NCBI GenBank assembly: GCA_016779995.1
Contig: JADHMO010000001.1
Location: 74,638 to 138,637 of the forward strand
DNA: 64,000 nt
Direction: 5' to 3'
Origin: Flavobacteriales bacterium
Lineage (GTDB): Bacteria; Bacteroidota; Bacteroidia; Flavobacteriales; UBA7312
The notes under the pieces were generated by a model. It had not been told where the DNA came from. It was given only the letters and a program-made list of their open reading frames with translations, and searched no databases. Both the position numbers and the translations under genes were made by a program. Shown one piece after another: positions 47,311 through 56,873 of this stretch; within the stretch, counting starts at the first letter, position 1; each line of letters opens with the position of its first letter.

Positions 47311-47317
47311 AAATGTG

Positions 47318-47391
47318 TGAACTCGGAGGGAGTCGAACCCCCAACCTCTAGAGCCGTAATCTAGTGCACTATCCAGTTATGCTACGAGTCC
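47318..47391 (-). tRNA. tRNA-Arg (anticodon ACG)
   Basis: The reverse complement folds as a cloverleaf: acceptor GGACUCG/CGAGUUC, anticodon arm CUAGA-UUACGGC-UCUAG, T-arm GGGGG-UUCGACU-CCCUC. 74 nt, with no encoded CCA. Confidence 0.9.
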
Positions 47392-47401
47392 AAAACGTCT
47401 G

Positions 47402-47409
47402 CAAATATA
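47402..47409 (-). promoter_or_regulatory. -7 box (TATATTTG) for tRNA-Arg
   Basis: The reverse complement is TATATTTG, 10 nt upstream of the mature tRNA 5' end. Confidence 0.55.
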
Positions 47410-47444
47410 AATAGCTAATTGAATATGAAGGCAAAAAAATGAAA

Positions 47445-48074
47445 TTATTTCTTCTTCTTTAAACTGACCTTATTTTCATCGCCTCGCACCAAGCGTTCTA
47501 TATTTCTTTGATGGGTAGCTATGAGTAGTATTGGCACAAATACCGCAAAAATCATCATAGTAGGCACTAAAGTTACTGAAAGATAATACACTCCAAACGG
47601 AAAGAATAAACCCGCAAAAATAGAACTCAAAGAAACGTATTTTGAAAAGAGTAATGTCAATACAAATACAACGATGGATATGAGTGCTGCCTCTGGAAAT
47701 ACAGCGAGCATAAAGCCTAAAAGTGTAGCTACTCCCTTACCTCCTCTAAAGCCCACATAAACAGGAAAAACATGCCCCAAAACTGCCGCTATACCAAAAG
47801 TAAGTTGTAAGTTGATGTATATCTCGGTAGATGGCACATAGGAAGTGTACCACACCAAATTGACGGCTAGATAGCCTTTGAGAATATCAAGTAGTAAAAC
47901 TGGTATTCCAGCAGTTTTTCCAAGTACCCTAAAGGTATTGGTTGCTCCAGCATTACCACTACCGTATTCTCTGACATCAATACCCTTCAATAGCTTACCT
48001 GCTATAATGCTAAAAGGCACTGAACCTATTAGATAGGAAAGTATTAGAAAAACAATATTTGAGCCTGTAAGCAT
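47445..48074 (-). CDS. plsY: glycerol-3-phosphate acyltransferase PlsY
   Basis: GSGNAGATN, ...GHVFPV..GFRGGKGVAT... signature motifs in a 5-6 TM protein. Confidence 0.93.
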   Translation of the reverse strand: MLTGSNIVFLILSYLIGSVPFSIIAGKLLKGIDVREYGSGNAGATNTFRVLGKTAGIPVLLLDILKGYLAVNLVWYTSYVPSTEIYINLQLTFGIAAVLGHVFPVYVGFRGGKGVATLLGFMLAVFPEAALISIVVFVLTLLFSKYVSLSSIFAGLFFPFGVYYLSVTLVPTMMIFAVFVPILLIATHQRNIERLVRGDENKVSLKKKK

Positions 48075-48101
48075 GGTCGCTAAAAATACAAAGTTTGAAT
48101 A

Positions 48102-51100
48102 CTATCTAAAAAATCGTTTTTTGAAGTTATCAACATCCGTTTCTGAAGACAAATCGTATTGGTATTGAGCTTGTCCCTTAGAGGCTGGTAGCTTCTTTTG
48201 TTGGGATTTCACTTCCAAAATACCAATGTTGTAATCTTCTATTGAAGAACGACTGAGTAATACCTCATTAGAATAGGTAAAGAAATACCACTCGCCAATA
48301 TCTGTTTCTAAATAGACATTAAAGATGTCACCAGAATAATCTTTATTGAGCTCCAGTCGTCCTTTGTACAGCTTATTGATTTGGAAGTCATTAACGTTAC
48401 CCAAGCCTAACATCTTTTTAGACATAATGCTTGAATTTTCTTGATCCCACTCTAGATTAACATCGTAGAAATAAAGGGTTTTCTTTAGTTTAGATGGTAA
48501 CTTTTGAAACTGTCCATACATCTCGTATTCAAAAGATAAATCCTCATCCTTCAAGATTCTTTTAAAATTAGGAATATAAAAACTCTCTTTCATCTCTAAC
48601 TCATCTGCCATTGGGTCGTTAAACAAGTCTTGCCCCATAAATTCCATAGCGTTATTGCTCATGTAAAAATCTAAGGATAACATACACTTAGTTTTAAAGG
48701 TATTCTCTACAGCATTGTAGTTGAAATTACCAATAGTAGAAAGTTCTACTCGTCCTAAATCAAGTCCTAAATTAAACTCTCCCTCTCCTTTCATTATACA
48801 ACCCTCGTTGGTCATCGTAAATTTACTTGCCAAAGAATCAGTTTTATCTTGTACAATAAACATAGAAAGCCCTGTATTATAAGATAAATAACCATTAATA
48901 GGCATCATAACCAAATCCGTTTCTTGCTCTAGTACAGAAAGGAAAGCTGGATAGATTCTATCTTCTGACATGATAGGGCCTACATACAAGTTCTTGCCAT
49001 TTTCGTCAAGTACTTCACCACCTATCGGCAATTGTATGTCTTCTACCCCAACGTAATCGCTGAACTTAACCCAACCGTCTTTGACTAAGTAACATTCGTG
49101 TTGTACTTGAAAAGCACCGTCGTAATAAAACTCTTTCATAGAGCCTTCCATCTTAACAGACCCTTTGTAAGAGAATTGAGGGTTAAACTTAAACCCTCTT
49201 TCTGAGCTAATAGTTCCTATACCCACCGATTGATAAATGCTATCGACATACAAGGAATCAAAGCGAATCAATTGTTCTTCAACACCTCTACCCTTGTAGT
49301 TTACCGAAGCACGACCCGCATAACTTTTACCACCATGAATCGTCACATCAGCATCAAATAATTCGTGGTAGCGTTTATCTCTATTAACTAAAATAGAAGC
49401 GCCTTTAAAACTTCTCATTCTTGCTCCTGTCTCCACCGTAACAGAACCATCAGCAGGATAAATAGCTGCATCGGCAACTAGTATCTCATCCACTTCTTCA
49501 GCATCTATAATGTAATTCTTTAAACTATATGAGGCTTTTCTAGAAACAAAAGACAAGGAATCTTGCTCGGGGTGAGTAGAAACAAACCTAGAGCCACTTC
49601 CGCCCTCAGACACACCCAATTCTATCAAACTTCTATCCATGAACCATTTTAGCTCATCGATAAAACAGATGTATTGGTTTTCAGGAAATGCCACAAATGA
49701 ATTGTTACCGTTAGATTGGAATTTACCTGTTCTTTCTAATAAATTAATCTCCGTACGCAAGTTTACAGACTCAAAGGCAATGGCTTTGAAATCATCAGAG
49801 CGGTGCAAGACAAAATCGGCTGTATCGGCATTAAATTCATTGTGATTGAAGTAGTATAAATTAGAACTTAATTCGGAATCTTCTAGATAAACATTACCTG
49901 CTCCCGTAAGTCCACTAGGGCGAAGATAAAAACGACCATCAAGGGTTGCTTTAGCAGAATACAATACCAAATCTTCGGTCTTTTTTTCTACCATTAGAAC
50001 GTCATCATAAGGTCGCCAATGCTCATATATAGTTTTACCACTAGCCTGAGGAAATTCAGCAATATTGGCTGTTCTTTCGAGGTCAAATGTGTTAGCATGG
50101 GTATTCATAGAATCTGGGAAGAATATATAATCGTCAGACTGTGTAGTCGAAGATAAATAGTCAAACCCTCCTTTACCTCTTAATCCAGATTTGTCTAATG
50201 ATAATCTATTGTTGGCATGAAATTGACCTTTATCGCCATACAAAGGATAGCCCGTTTCTGGAATATCAATCTTGAACCCTAAAGCATTATCTTCTTGCAC
50301 TCTTAATTCTTCTCTAAAACTTGGGAAAATGTTTGCCGAATTCAGCTCACCAGGAAAACTAAGCGAAGAACGGTTGTATGAATCTAAAGAATCTATTTCG
50401 AAAGGGTCTATATCGAAGTAAAAACGCTCTCTATCATATACTCCAGAAAATATTTCTTCTTGGTCGTAATATACCTTAGAACGGTCATAACTTCTGATGA
50501 TTGGGTATTGGGGATAATCTTCTTTCCATATTCCCGATTTATTGATGGTTGTATCGACCAACAATTCGCCATTGGCAATAGTAATTTCATTCTCTAAAGG
50601 TTCTAATACCAACTCCCCTTTTTCATTGTATTTCTCCTGATTGTTAGGAATCCAAACCTCTGTTGAAGCGTCTTTAAAATAAAGTCTAAAATCTTCGTAG
50701 TTAAAGGTTATATCTTCTGAATTTATTCTAAAACGTCCTCCTGCTCCTGCTATTAATCGTCCACCCATAGTGAAATTACGTCCTTCTTTAACAACAATTT
50801 CTTGCTTAGTAGGTAAAGCTATGACATCTCTTACTTCACTCAACTGAACCCGCTTAACGTTAAAAACTTTTAAGTCCATAGTGTTTAAGTCCAGAATAGC
50901 ATTCGCATTGTCTTGTGGTGCACTAGATTTAAAACGAATAACATCGTGGTCTTCCTTTTCTGATTTGGCCATAATATAACGAAGAACGTTATCTTTTACT
51001 CCTACTGTCCCCAATCCAGAATTGTAGGTGATAAAACCTTGCTTAGCCAAATTCATCAAAAAACGAATGTCCTGATCATCGGAATAGCCCGAAAGCCTAA

Positions 51101-52538
51101 CAAAATCATCAATCAAGAATATATTATTGATACCATACTGCTTGTTAAAATTGTTAATCCTAACTAAAGGATGCTGAGCATCTATTCCTAACAATGCATC
51201 AAAATGTTTTTCAGTATAATACCTATTGGACTCAAAAAAGGCTGGCTGACTAGTATTTTCTGGTAAGGTTCCAAAAATGATTTCATCGTCATCGATGTTC
51301 CAACCTAACTTCTGAAAACGCATATCTAAATCGTGATACGAATTGATATAAGGAGCAGAAGATATACCATCTTCATCAGAAATTAAATCCAAACGTCTAT
51401 CTTCTTGGTCATATATAAAATTTAAACCAGGGTGGGTAATAGAGTCATTAGCTAAAATGATTTTTACAGATGCATTAGAGGCTAAAACCCGCTTTCCAGT
51501 AATTGCAATTCTTTCCGAAGAAATACGAACAAATTGCTGACCTTTACGATAGAATATCAAACTTGCTAATTGACCATCTCCTCCCTTGGATACAAAACGG
51601 TTGCCGTACAAAGAATACCCTCCTATAAAATCTACATCTTCAATTAAATCAGAAAGAGTAATTTTCTTATCGTAAGAATCGAATTTAGGATAAGCTACCT
51701 TGCTATCATTCTTGTTCCTTTCAACCAGTTTATTCTCAAGACTTCCTAGTATGGGCTTGTCGTCAAAAACCATTAAATTATAAAAACGCACGGAGTCTGC
51801 TGAAAAGCTAGGTTGCTTTAAAGCAATAGAATACTTTGAAAGTTCGGCATATACTTCGGCAAAACTAAAACCTGCCTTACGCCAATCTATTAAACCTTCA
51901 TTTCCTCGCCATAAACCTTCAATAGGATAAAATGTACCACTAGTTTGGGCTATTTTCATAGTGTCTTGTCTAGCAATACACATCATATCTATGGGCTGAT
52001 TGAACTTTATCACTGGCACACTATCTTCTATAGCAAATTGATAGTTTAAGTTAGAAGTGTACCAACTCAAAGAACGGTTTCTAAAAAGTGTTTTTAGAGT
52101 AAATAAATCGTCGGAAAGGGTGTAAAATTTCAGTAATCTAGAAGTTGGAGAAGTTTCAATCAATAAACTAACTATAGCTGACCAATTATTAAACTGAGTG
52201 TCAAAGGATTCGGCATCTGTAAATGATACTATGGCTTTTAACAAAGACTCAAAATGAGTTGGTCTTTTTCTGTCTTTCAACATTTTGTTGGATAAATCAA
52301 TGATAGAAGATTTTTTATCCGAAGAAAAAGTATTGCCTTCCCACATCTTAGAAAAATCTTTCATCATTTTCTTAGTTTCTTCAGAGGCAGAACCCGTTAG
52401 CATAAAGGTATTGATTTCCTCTAAAAAGACCTTATTGTCATCAGTAAACGCCCTTAACCTCTTGTTTGATTGTGCATAGACAGAGGATGCTAAAATGAAA
52501 AAAGATAATAGAAAAGTTAGTTTTTTAATAGCTTTCAT
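48102..52538 (-). CDS. very large (1478 aa) secreted protein of unknown function
   Basis: Uninterrupted ORF with signal peptide MKAIKKLTFLLSFFILASSVYAQ. I recognise no domain or repeat, and it has no T9SS CTD. The ATG at 52538 overlaps the prmA stop (ATGA). Confidence 0.8.
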   Translation of the reverse strand: MKAIKKLTFLLSFFILASSVYAQSNKRLRAFTDDNKVFLEEINTFMLTGSASEETKKMMKDFSKMWEGNTFSSDKKSSIIDLSNKMLKDRKRPTHFESLLKAIVSFTDAESFDTQFNNWSAIVSLLIETSPTSRLLKFYTLSDDLFTLKTLFRNRSLSWYTSNLNYQFAIEDSVPVIKFNQPIDMMCIARQDTMKIAQTSGTFYPIEGLWRGNEGLIDWRKAGFSFAEVYAELSKYSIALKQPSFSADSVRFYNLMVFDDKPILGSLENKLVERNKNDSKVAYPKFDSYDKKITLSDLIEDVDFIGGYSLYGNRFVSKGGDGQLASLIFYRKGQQFVRISSERIAITGKRVLASNASVKIILANDSITHPGLNFIYDQEDRRLDLISDEDGISSAPYINSYHDLDMRFQKLGWNIDDDEIIFGTLPENTSQPAFFESNRYYTEKHFDALLGIDAQHPLVRINNFNKQYGINNIFLIDDFVRLSGYSDDQDIRFLMNLAKQGFITYNSGLGTVGVKDNVLRYIMAKSEKEDHDVIRFKSSAPQDNANAILDLNTMDLKVFNVKRVQLSEVRDVIALPTKQEIVVKEGRNFTMGGRLIAGAGGRFRINSEDITFNYEDFRLYFKDASTEVWIPNNQEKYNEKGELVLEPLENEITIANGELLVDTTINKSGIWKEDYPQYPIIRSYDRSKVYYDQEEIFSGVYDRERFYFDIDPFEIDSLDSYNRSSLSFPGELNSANIFPSFREELRVQEDNALGFKIDIPETGYPLYGDKGQFHANNRLSLDKSGLRGKGGFDYLSSTTQSDDYIFFPDSMNTHANTFDLERTANIAEFPQASGKTIYEHWRPYDDVLMVEKKTEDLVLYSAKATLDGRFYLRPSGLTGAGNVYLEDSELSSNLYYFNHNEFNADTADFVLHRSDDFKAIAFESVNLRTEINLLERTGKFQSNGNNSFVAFPENQYICFIDELKWFMDRSLIELGVSEGGSGSRFVSTHPEQDSLSFVSRKASYSLKNYIIDAEEVDEILVADAAIYPADGSVTVETGARMRSFKGASILVNRDKRYHELFDADVTIHGGKSYAGRASVNYKGRGVEEQLIRFDSLYVDSIYQSVGIGTISSERGFKFNPQFSYKGSVKMEGSMKEFYYDGAFQVQHECYLVKDGWVKFSDYVGVEDIQLPIGGEVLDENGKNLYVGPIMSEDRIYPAFLSVLEQETDLVMMPINGYLSYNTGLSMFIVQDKTDSLASKFTMTNEGCIMKGEGEFNLGLDLGRVELSTIGNFNYNAVENTFKTKCMLSLDFYMSNNAMEFMGQDLFNDPMADELEMKESFYIPNFKRILKDEDLSFEYEMYGQFQKLPSKLKKTLYFYDVNLEWDQENSSIMSKKMLGLGNVNDFQINKLYKGRLELNKDYSGDIFNVYLETDIGEWYFFTYSNEVLLSRSSIEDYNIGILEVKSQQKKLPASKGQAQYQYDLSSETDVDNFKKRFFR

Positions 52539-53356
52539 AGTTTTTGAAATTTTGCTGTTACCCAATTATTTTTGGAATTATGACTGATGTATTTTAATCC
52601 TTGTCTTTTAGCTTCTTGCTTTATCAAGTCTAAATCTTGCTCGTAAAAACCACTAAACAAAATCAATCCATTTTGAAGCAAATGGCTAGAGTATGCATAC
52701 ATATCTTGAATCAAGATATTTCTATTGATATTGGCTAAAATTATATCAAACTCTCCTTCAATTTTTTCTTTACCACCTTTATGCACTACTATGTTTGAAC
52801 TTCCATTCATACTAATATTTTCTAGTGCATTATTGTAAGCCCATTCTTCAATGTCAATAGCATCAACCTTATTAGAACCTAATTTGTAAGCTAATATTGC
52901 CAATACTGCTGTGCCACAGCCCATATCTAACACTTTCTTATCTTGAAAATCTAAGCTTAGCATAGCCTCCATCATACCATAAGTTGTTGCGTGATGCCCT
53001 GTTCCAAAGGACATTTTTGGGGTAATAATAATTTCATACTCTACTTCTAGTGGTTTATGAAAATCCGCTCGAATACCACACTTACTCCCTATGGTTATGG
53101 GTTGAAAATCAGATTCCCATTTGGCATTCCAATTTTCTTGCTTTATAACTTTATGATTGATGTCAATCTTACAATCCAATTGACTACAAATGCTTTCTAT
53201 ATCAGAAAAGTTAAAATCATCTTCTTTAATGTAGGCTCTTACTCCTTCGTTGATATCCTCAAAGCTTTCAAAATCTAGGTCAGACAGATAGGCTACAAGA
53301 ATTTCACTCCACGGTTGCAGAGGCTGAAATGAAAATATAACTTCTTTATAGTTCAT
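52535..53356 (-). CDS. prmA: ribosomal protein L11 methyltransferase
   Basis: ...FGTGHHATT...VLDMGCGTAVLAI... SAM-binding motifs in a PrmA layout. Confidence 0.88.
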   Translation of the reverse strand: MNYKEVIFSFQPLQPWSEILVAYLSDLDFESFEDINEGVRAYIKEDDFNFSDIESICSQLDCKIDINHKVIKQENWNAKWESDFQPITIGSKCGIRADFHKPLEVEYEIIITPKMSFGTGHHATTYGMMEAMLSLDFQDKKVLDMGCGTAVLAILAYKLGSNKVDAIDIEEWAYNNALENISMNGSSNIVVHKGGKEKIEGEFDIILANINRNILIQDMYAYSSHLLQNGLILFSGFYEQDLDLIKQEAKRQGLKYISHNSKNNWVTAKFQKL

Positions 53357-54105
53357 TAAAATGCGTTTATAATTTGACTAAAGTCATTAGCATTTAAAGA
53401 TGCACCACCAATCAAACCTCCATCAACATCTTCTTTAGAAAAAATTTCTTGAGCATTGCTAGGCTTACAACTCCCACCATATAAAATGGATAGATCTTGA
53501 GCTACATCTACACCATATTTATCCGTAAATATTGAACGAATATAGGCGTGCATCTCTTGGGCTTGATCTGAACTAGCTGTAACGCCAGTTCCAATAGCCC
53601 AAACCGGTTCGTAAGCTATCACTACTCTAGACATCTGTTCGGCTGACAAATGAAACAAAGCTTCTTCAATCTGTGATTTGACTACCGCAAAATGATTGCC
53701 AAACTCTCTTTCAGAAAGTAATTCTCCACAACAGTAGATAACCTTCAAATTGTCCGACAAACATAAATCTACTTTTTTAGCTAAATCGGCATTATTTTCT
53801 TGATGATATGCCCTTCTTTCAGAATGCCCTAGAATAACGTATTTTGCCCCTGTAGATAGTATCATTTTAGTAGATACTTCTCCTGTAAAAGCACCGCTTT
53901 CTTGAGCACTGCAATTTTGAGCACTTACACTAAACTTATCAGAAATAGAGGCTATCTTATCAAGGTGTGTAAATGGCACTCCCAATATTACTTCCACATT
54001 GCTCGAAGATAACGTCAGTATTTCTGACAATTCGTTAGCCAAATCAGCACCTTCATTCAAATCTTTATTCATTTTCCAGTTTCCTGCTACAATTTTCTTT
54101 CTCAT
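53356..54105 (-). CDS. tpiA: triose-phosphate isomerase
   Basis: VAGNWKMN...GHSERR...[11 protein letters not shown]...GGASL. Confidence 0.95.
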   Translation of the reverse strand: MRKKIVAGNWKMNKDLNEGADLANELSEILTLSSSNVEVILGVPFTHLDKIASISDKFSVSAQNCSAQESGAFTGEVSTKMILSTGAKYVILGHSERRAYHQENNADLAKKVDLCLSDNLKVIYCCGELLSEREFGNHFAVVKSQIEEALFHLSAEQMSRVVIAYEPVWAIGTGVTASSDQAQEMHAYIRSIFTDKYGVDVAQDLSILYGGSCKPSNAQEIFSKEDVDGGLIGGASLNANDFSQIINAF

Positions 54106-54106
54106 T

Positions 54107-55183
54107 TTAACTCATTCTAATTCTAGGGTCTAACCATCCATAAATAAGATCAACCACAATATTAATAATTACAAACATTAGCGCAATAGTCAATACACTT
54201 CCCATTACTAGTGGTAAGTCCAATTGATTTAATGCATCGACAATTTCTTTGCCTAAACCATTCCATGCGAAAATGTATTCTACAAAAACAGCCCCTGCTA
54301 ATAAACTAGCAAACCAACCCGATACGGCTGTAACAACCGGATTTAGTGAATTTTTCAAAACATGCTTTCTCAACACTTTAACAAAACTTAAACCTTTGGC
54401 AAAAGCCGTACGCACATAATCTTGTGTCAAAGTTTCTAAAAAAGATGACCTTGTCAATTGTATAATAACCGCTAAAGGTCTTACGCCTAGGATTATAGCG
54501 GGTAGAATAAGGTTAGATAAACTAAGGAACTCTCCCCTTCCATAATCATCTACCGAATACAAGCTGCCAGTCATGTTTAAACCTGTAAGATGGTTTAACA
54601 CAAAACCAAACAACCAAGCAATGAGTATCGCTGAAAAAAAGGATGGAACTGACATTCCTAAGACTCCAAAAAATAGAGCCAACTTGTCAATCCAACTGTC
54701 TTTGAAGATAGCGGCCAATATCCCAATGAAAATACCAACTACAATAGCAATAAGTATTGAAGAAAGTGCTAAGACAACCGTATTGGGCAATGTGTCTGAA
54801 ATAATATGACTAACTAATTTGCCAGACTTTTTAAAAGATGTCCTTAGATAAGGGAACTTAATTACGATATCTGTATGTTTGATAGAAACTATTTTAAAGT
54901 AGCTATATGCTTTGGATTCAAGGTTAGAATAATCATTAAGCCCTTGTGAGTGCAAGGATATTGGAGATAAATCATTGAGATATAAAGCATATTGAGAAGA
55001 AAGTGGCTTGTCAAAGCCATATTTGGCTCTTATATTTTTCAACTGCTCAGCATCTTCCCTTTGATCTAACATCATTCTTGCTGGGTCACCAGGCAAAACA
55101 TTAAAGAGTATAAATACTACAGTTACTACTCCCCACATTACTAGGAAACCATAACTCAAACGCTTGATGACAAATGCTAACAA
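54107..55183 (-). CDS. ABC transporter permease (DppB/OppB-like)
   Basis: N-terminal ...[29 protein letters not shown]... and the EAA-loop region ...[12 protein letters not shown]. Confidence 0.82.
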   Translation of the reverse strand: MLAFVIKRLSYGFLVMWGVVTVVFILFNVLPGDPARMMLDQREDAEQLKNIRAKYGFDKPLSSQYALYLNDLSPISLHSQGLNDYSNLESKAYSYFKIVSIKHTDIVIKFPYLRTSFKKSGKLVSHIISDTLPNTVVLALSSILIAIVVGIFIGILAAIFKDSWIDKLALFFGVLGMSVPSFFSAILIAWLFGFVLNHLTGLNMTGSLYSVDDYGRGEFLSLSNLILPAIILGVRPLAVIIQLTRSSFLETLTQDYVRTAFAKGLSFVKVLRKHVLKNSLNPVVTAVSGWFASLLAGAVFVEYIFAWNGLGKEIVDALNQLDLPLVMGSVLTIALMFVIINIVVDLIYGWLDPRIRMS

Positions 55184-55189
55184 AACTAA

Positions 55190-56317
55190 TTATTGAACTT
55201 CTATATCACTTAAAGATGGGAAATCATTATGATGCCATTTTCCCATAATTGTTCCTTTTTGCAGATACATTAACCCTGGATTTGAACGAATCATCGTTTT
55301 TAAAGTGGTTTCATCTGTAAAATAAAATGGATATTCTATGTTGTTTTCTTCTGCAAAAGCTAAAATATTATCATCGCTAGAGGCACACAAAGCATAGAAA
55401 GAAATTCCTGCCGTTTGACAATCGGCATAAAAAGCATTGATTTCTTCTTGAGAAGAAGCAGAAGTTTTGTCAATATTATAACAAACCAATAGAAATGCGT
55501 TATCTTCATCTAGCACCGAATAGGTATAATCAACACCATCTTTAGTAATGGAAAAATCATGAATTGGTGGTTCGTAACCCTCTTGCAATACAATGGTTTT
55601 TTCTGTTGCTTCGACAAAATCATAGTCTTCCCACTTATCTTGATAATCTGTAGAAAGCATCTCTGAAACCTCTCCAGTTGCTTTGTTTTTTACGACATAA
55701 TAATAGGCTTCTTCGGTACAAGGTAATTCTAACTCATCACAGGTTTTCATGCCCTCTGTTATGTTATTCCCTATAGCATAAGGTCTAAAATCTTTTACTG
55801 GTAAGTGTCTGTAGGTATGGACAACAAAAGCAAAACAGAAAAAAGTAACGATGGCTAAAAACATATTTTCCATTTTACGACTCAATAAGGATTTGATGTG
55901 TTTCTCCCCTAAGAATAAAATGGAAATGAAAAATAATAGAATGAGGTCTTTTCTAAATGACCCCCAAGGTGTGAGTTTAATAGCATCACCAAAACAGCCG
56001 CAGTCAGTTACTTTGTTATAATATGCTGAATAAAACGTTAGGAAAGTAAAAAATACAATCATCAACATTAAAGACCAATTGGCTAGTTTAGGACGTGCAC
56101 CAATAAGCACCATAATACCAACTACCACTTCGAAAATACAAATACCTGCAGCCATAACAAAAGCTAGTGGTATCAAAAATTCTAAATTGAGTACATCGGC
56201 AGAAAAGTATTCTTCCAATTTGTATGAAAAGCCAAGAGCATCATTGGCTTTAATAAGTCCTGAAATGATAAAAAGAACTCCTACAATTAATCGAGACAAA
56301 TAAGTTAAAAATTTCAT
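55190..56317 (-). CDS. DoxX/MauE-type membrane domain fused to a thioredoxin-fold-like domain lacking CxxC
   Basis: The N-terminal 4-5 TM region (LSRLIVGVLFIISGLIKAND...DCGCFGD) is MauE/DoxX-like. The C-terminal ~190 aa has a TlpA-like layout (PIHDFSI...FLLVCYNIDKTS...) with no redox CxxC. Confidence 0.55.
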   Translation of the reverse strand: MKFLTYLSRLIVGVLFIISGLIKANDALGFSYKLEEYFSADVLNLEFLIPLAFVMAAGICIFEVVVGIMVLIGARPKLANWSLMLMIVFFTFLTFYSAYYNKVTDCGCFGDAIKLTPWGSFRKDLILLFFISILFLGEKHIKSLLSRKMENMFLAIVTFFCFAFVVHTYRHLPVKDFRPYAIGNNITEGMKTCDELELPCTEEAYYYVVKNKATGEVSEMLSTDYQDKWEDYDFVEATEKTIVLQEGYEPPIHDFSITKDGVDYTYSVLDEDNAFLLVCYNIDKTSASSQEEINAFYADCQTAGISFYALCASSDDNILAFAEENNIEYPFYFTDETTLKTMIRSNPGLMYLQKGTIMGKWHHNDFPSLSDIEVQ

Positions 56318-56318
56318 A

Positions 56319-56852
56319 TTATTTAAGTTTAATTAGTGCAAAAATAGAATAGTTAATCATATCAAAATAATTGGCATCAATCCCTTCAGAAATCAAGGTT
56401 TTACCTTGGTTGTCTTCTATTTGCTTAACTCTTAGAAGTTTCTGAAGTATCAAATCGGTCAAAGAACTGACTCGCATATCTCTCCAAGCCTCTCCATAAT
56501 CGTGATTCTTAGATTTCATCAGTTCTTTGGATTCAGTGTAGTATTTTTCATACAGTTCTTGTACTTCATGATTTTCCATATCAGGCTGTTCTGCAATACC
56601 CTTCTCTAACTGAATAAGTGCAATGATGGAATAATTGACAATACCAATAAATTCATTTCTTATATCTTCACCAACCTTTTGAGAACCCTTCATCTCAATA
56701 CTACGTATTCTTTGGGCTTTTATGAAAATCTGGTCCGTAAGTGACGATAGTCTTAGAATACGCCAAGCACAACCATAATCTTTCATTTTTTTGATAAAAA
56801 TATCCTTACATTTGGCTGATGCCACATCATATTCACGAATGGTTTGTTCCAT
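56319..56852 (-). CDS. DUF1599-like protein (internally duplicated all-alpha domain), divergent from folP
   Basis: Two homologous halves: KMKDYGCAWRILRLSSLTDQIFIKAQRIRSIE and SKNHDYGEAWRDMRVSSLTDLILQKLLRVKQIE. Confidence 0.65.
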   Translation of the reverse strand: MEQTIREYDVASAKCKDIFIKKMKDYGCAWRILRLSSLTDQIFIKAQRIRSIEMKGSQKVGEDIRNEFIGIVNYSIIALIQLEKGIAEQPDMENHEVQELYEKYYTESKELMKSKNHDYGEAWRDMRVSSLTDLILQKLLRVKQIEDNQGKTLISEGIDANYFDMINYSIFALIKLK

Positions 56853-56873
56853 ATTTCAATTTCGATTTGAAGA

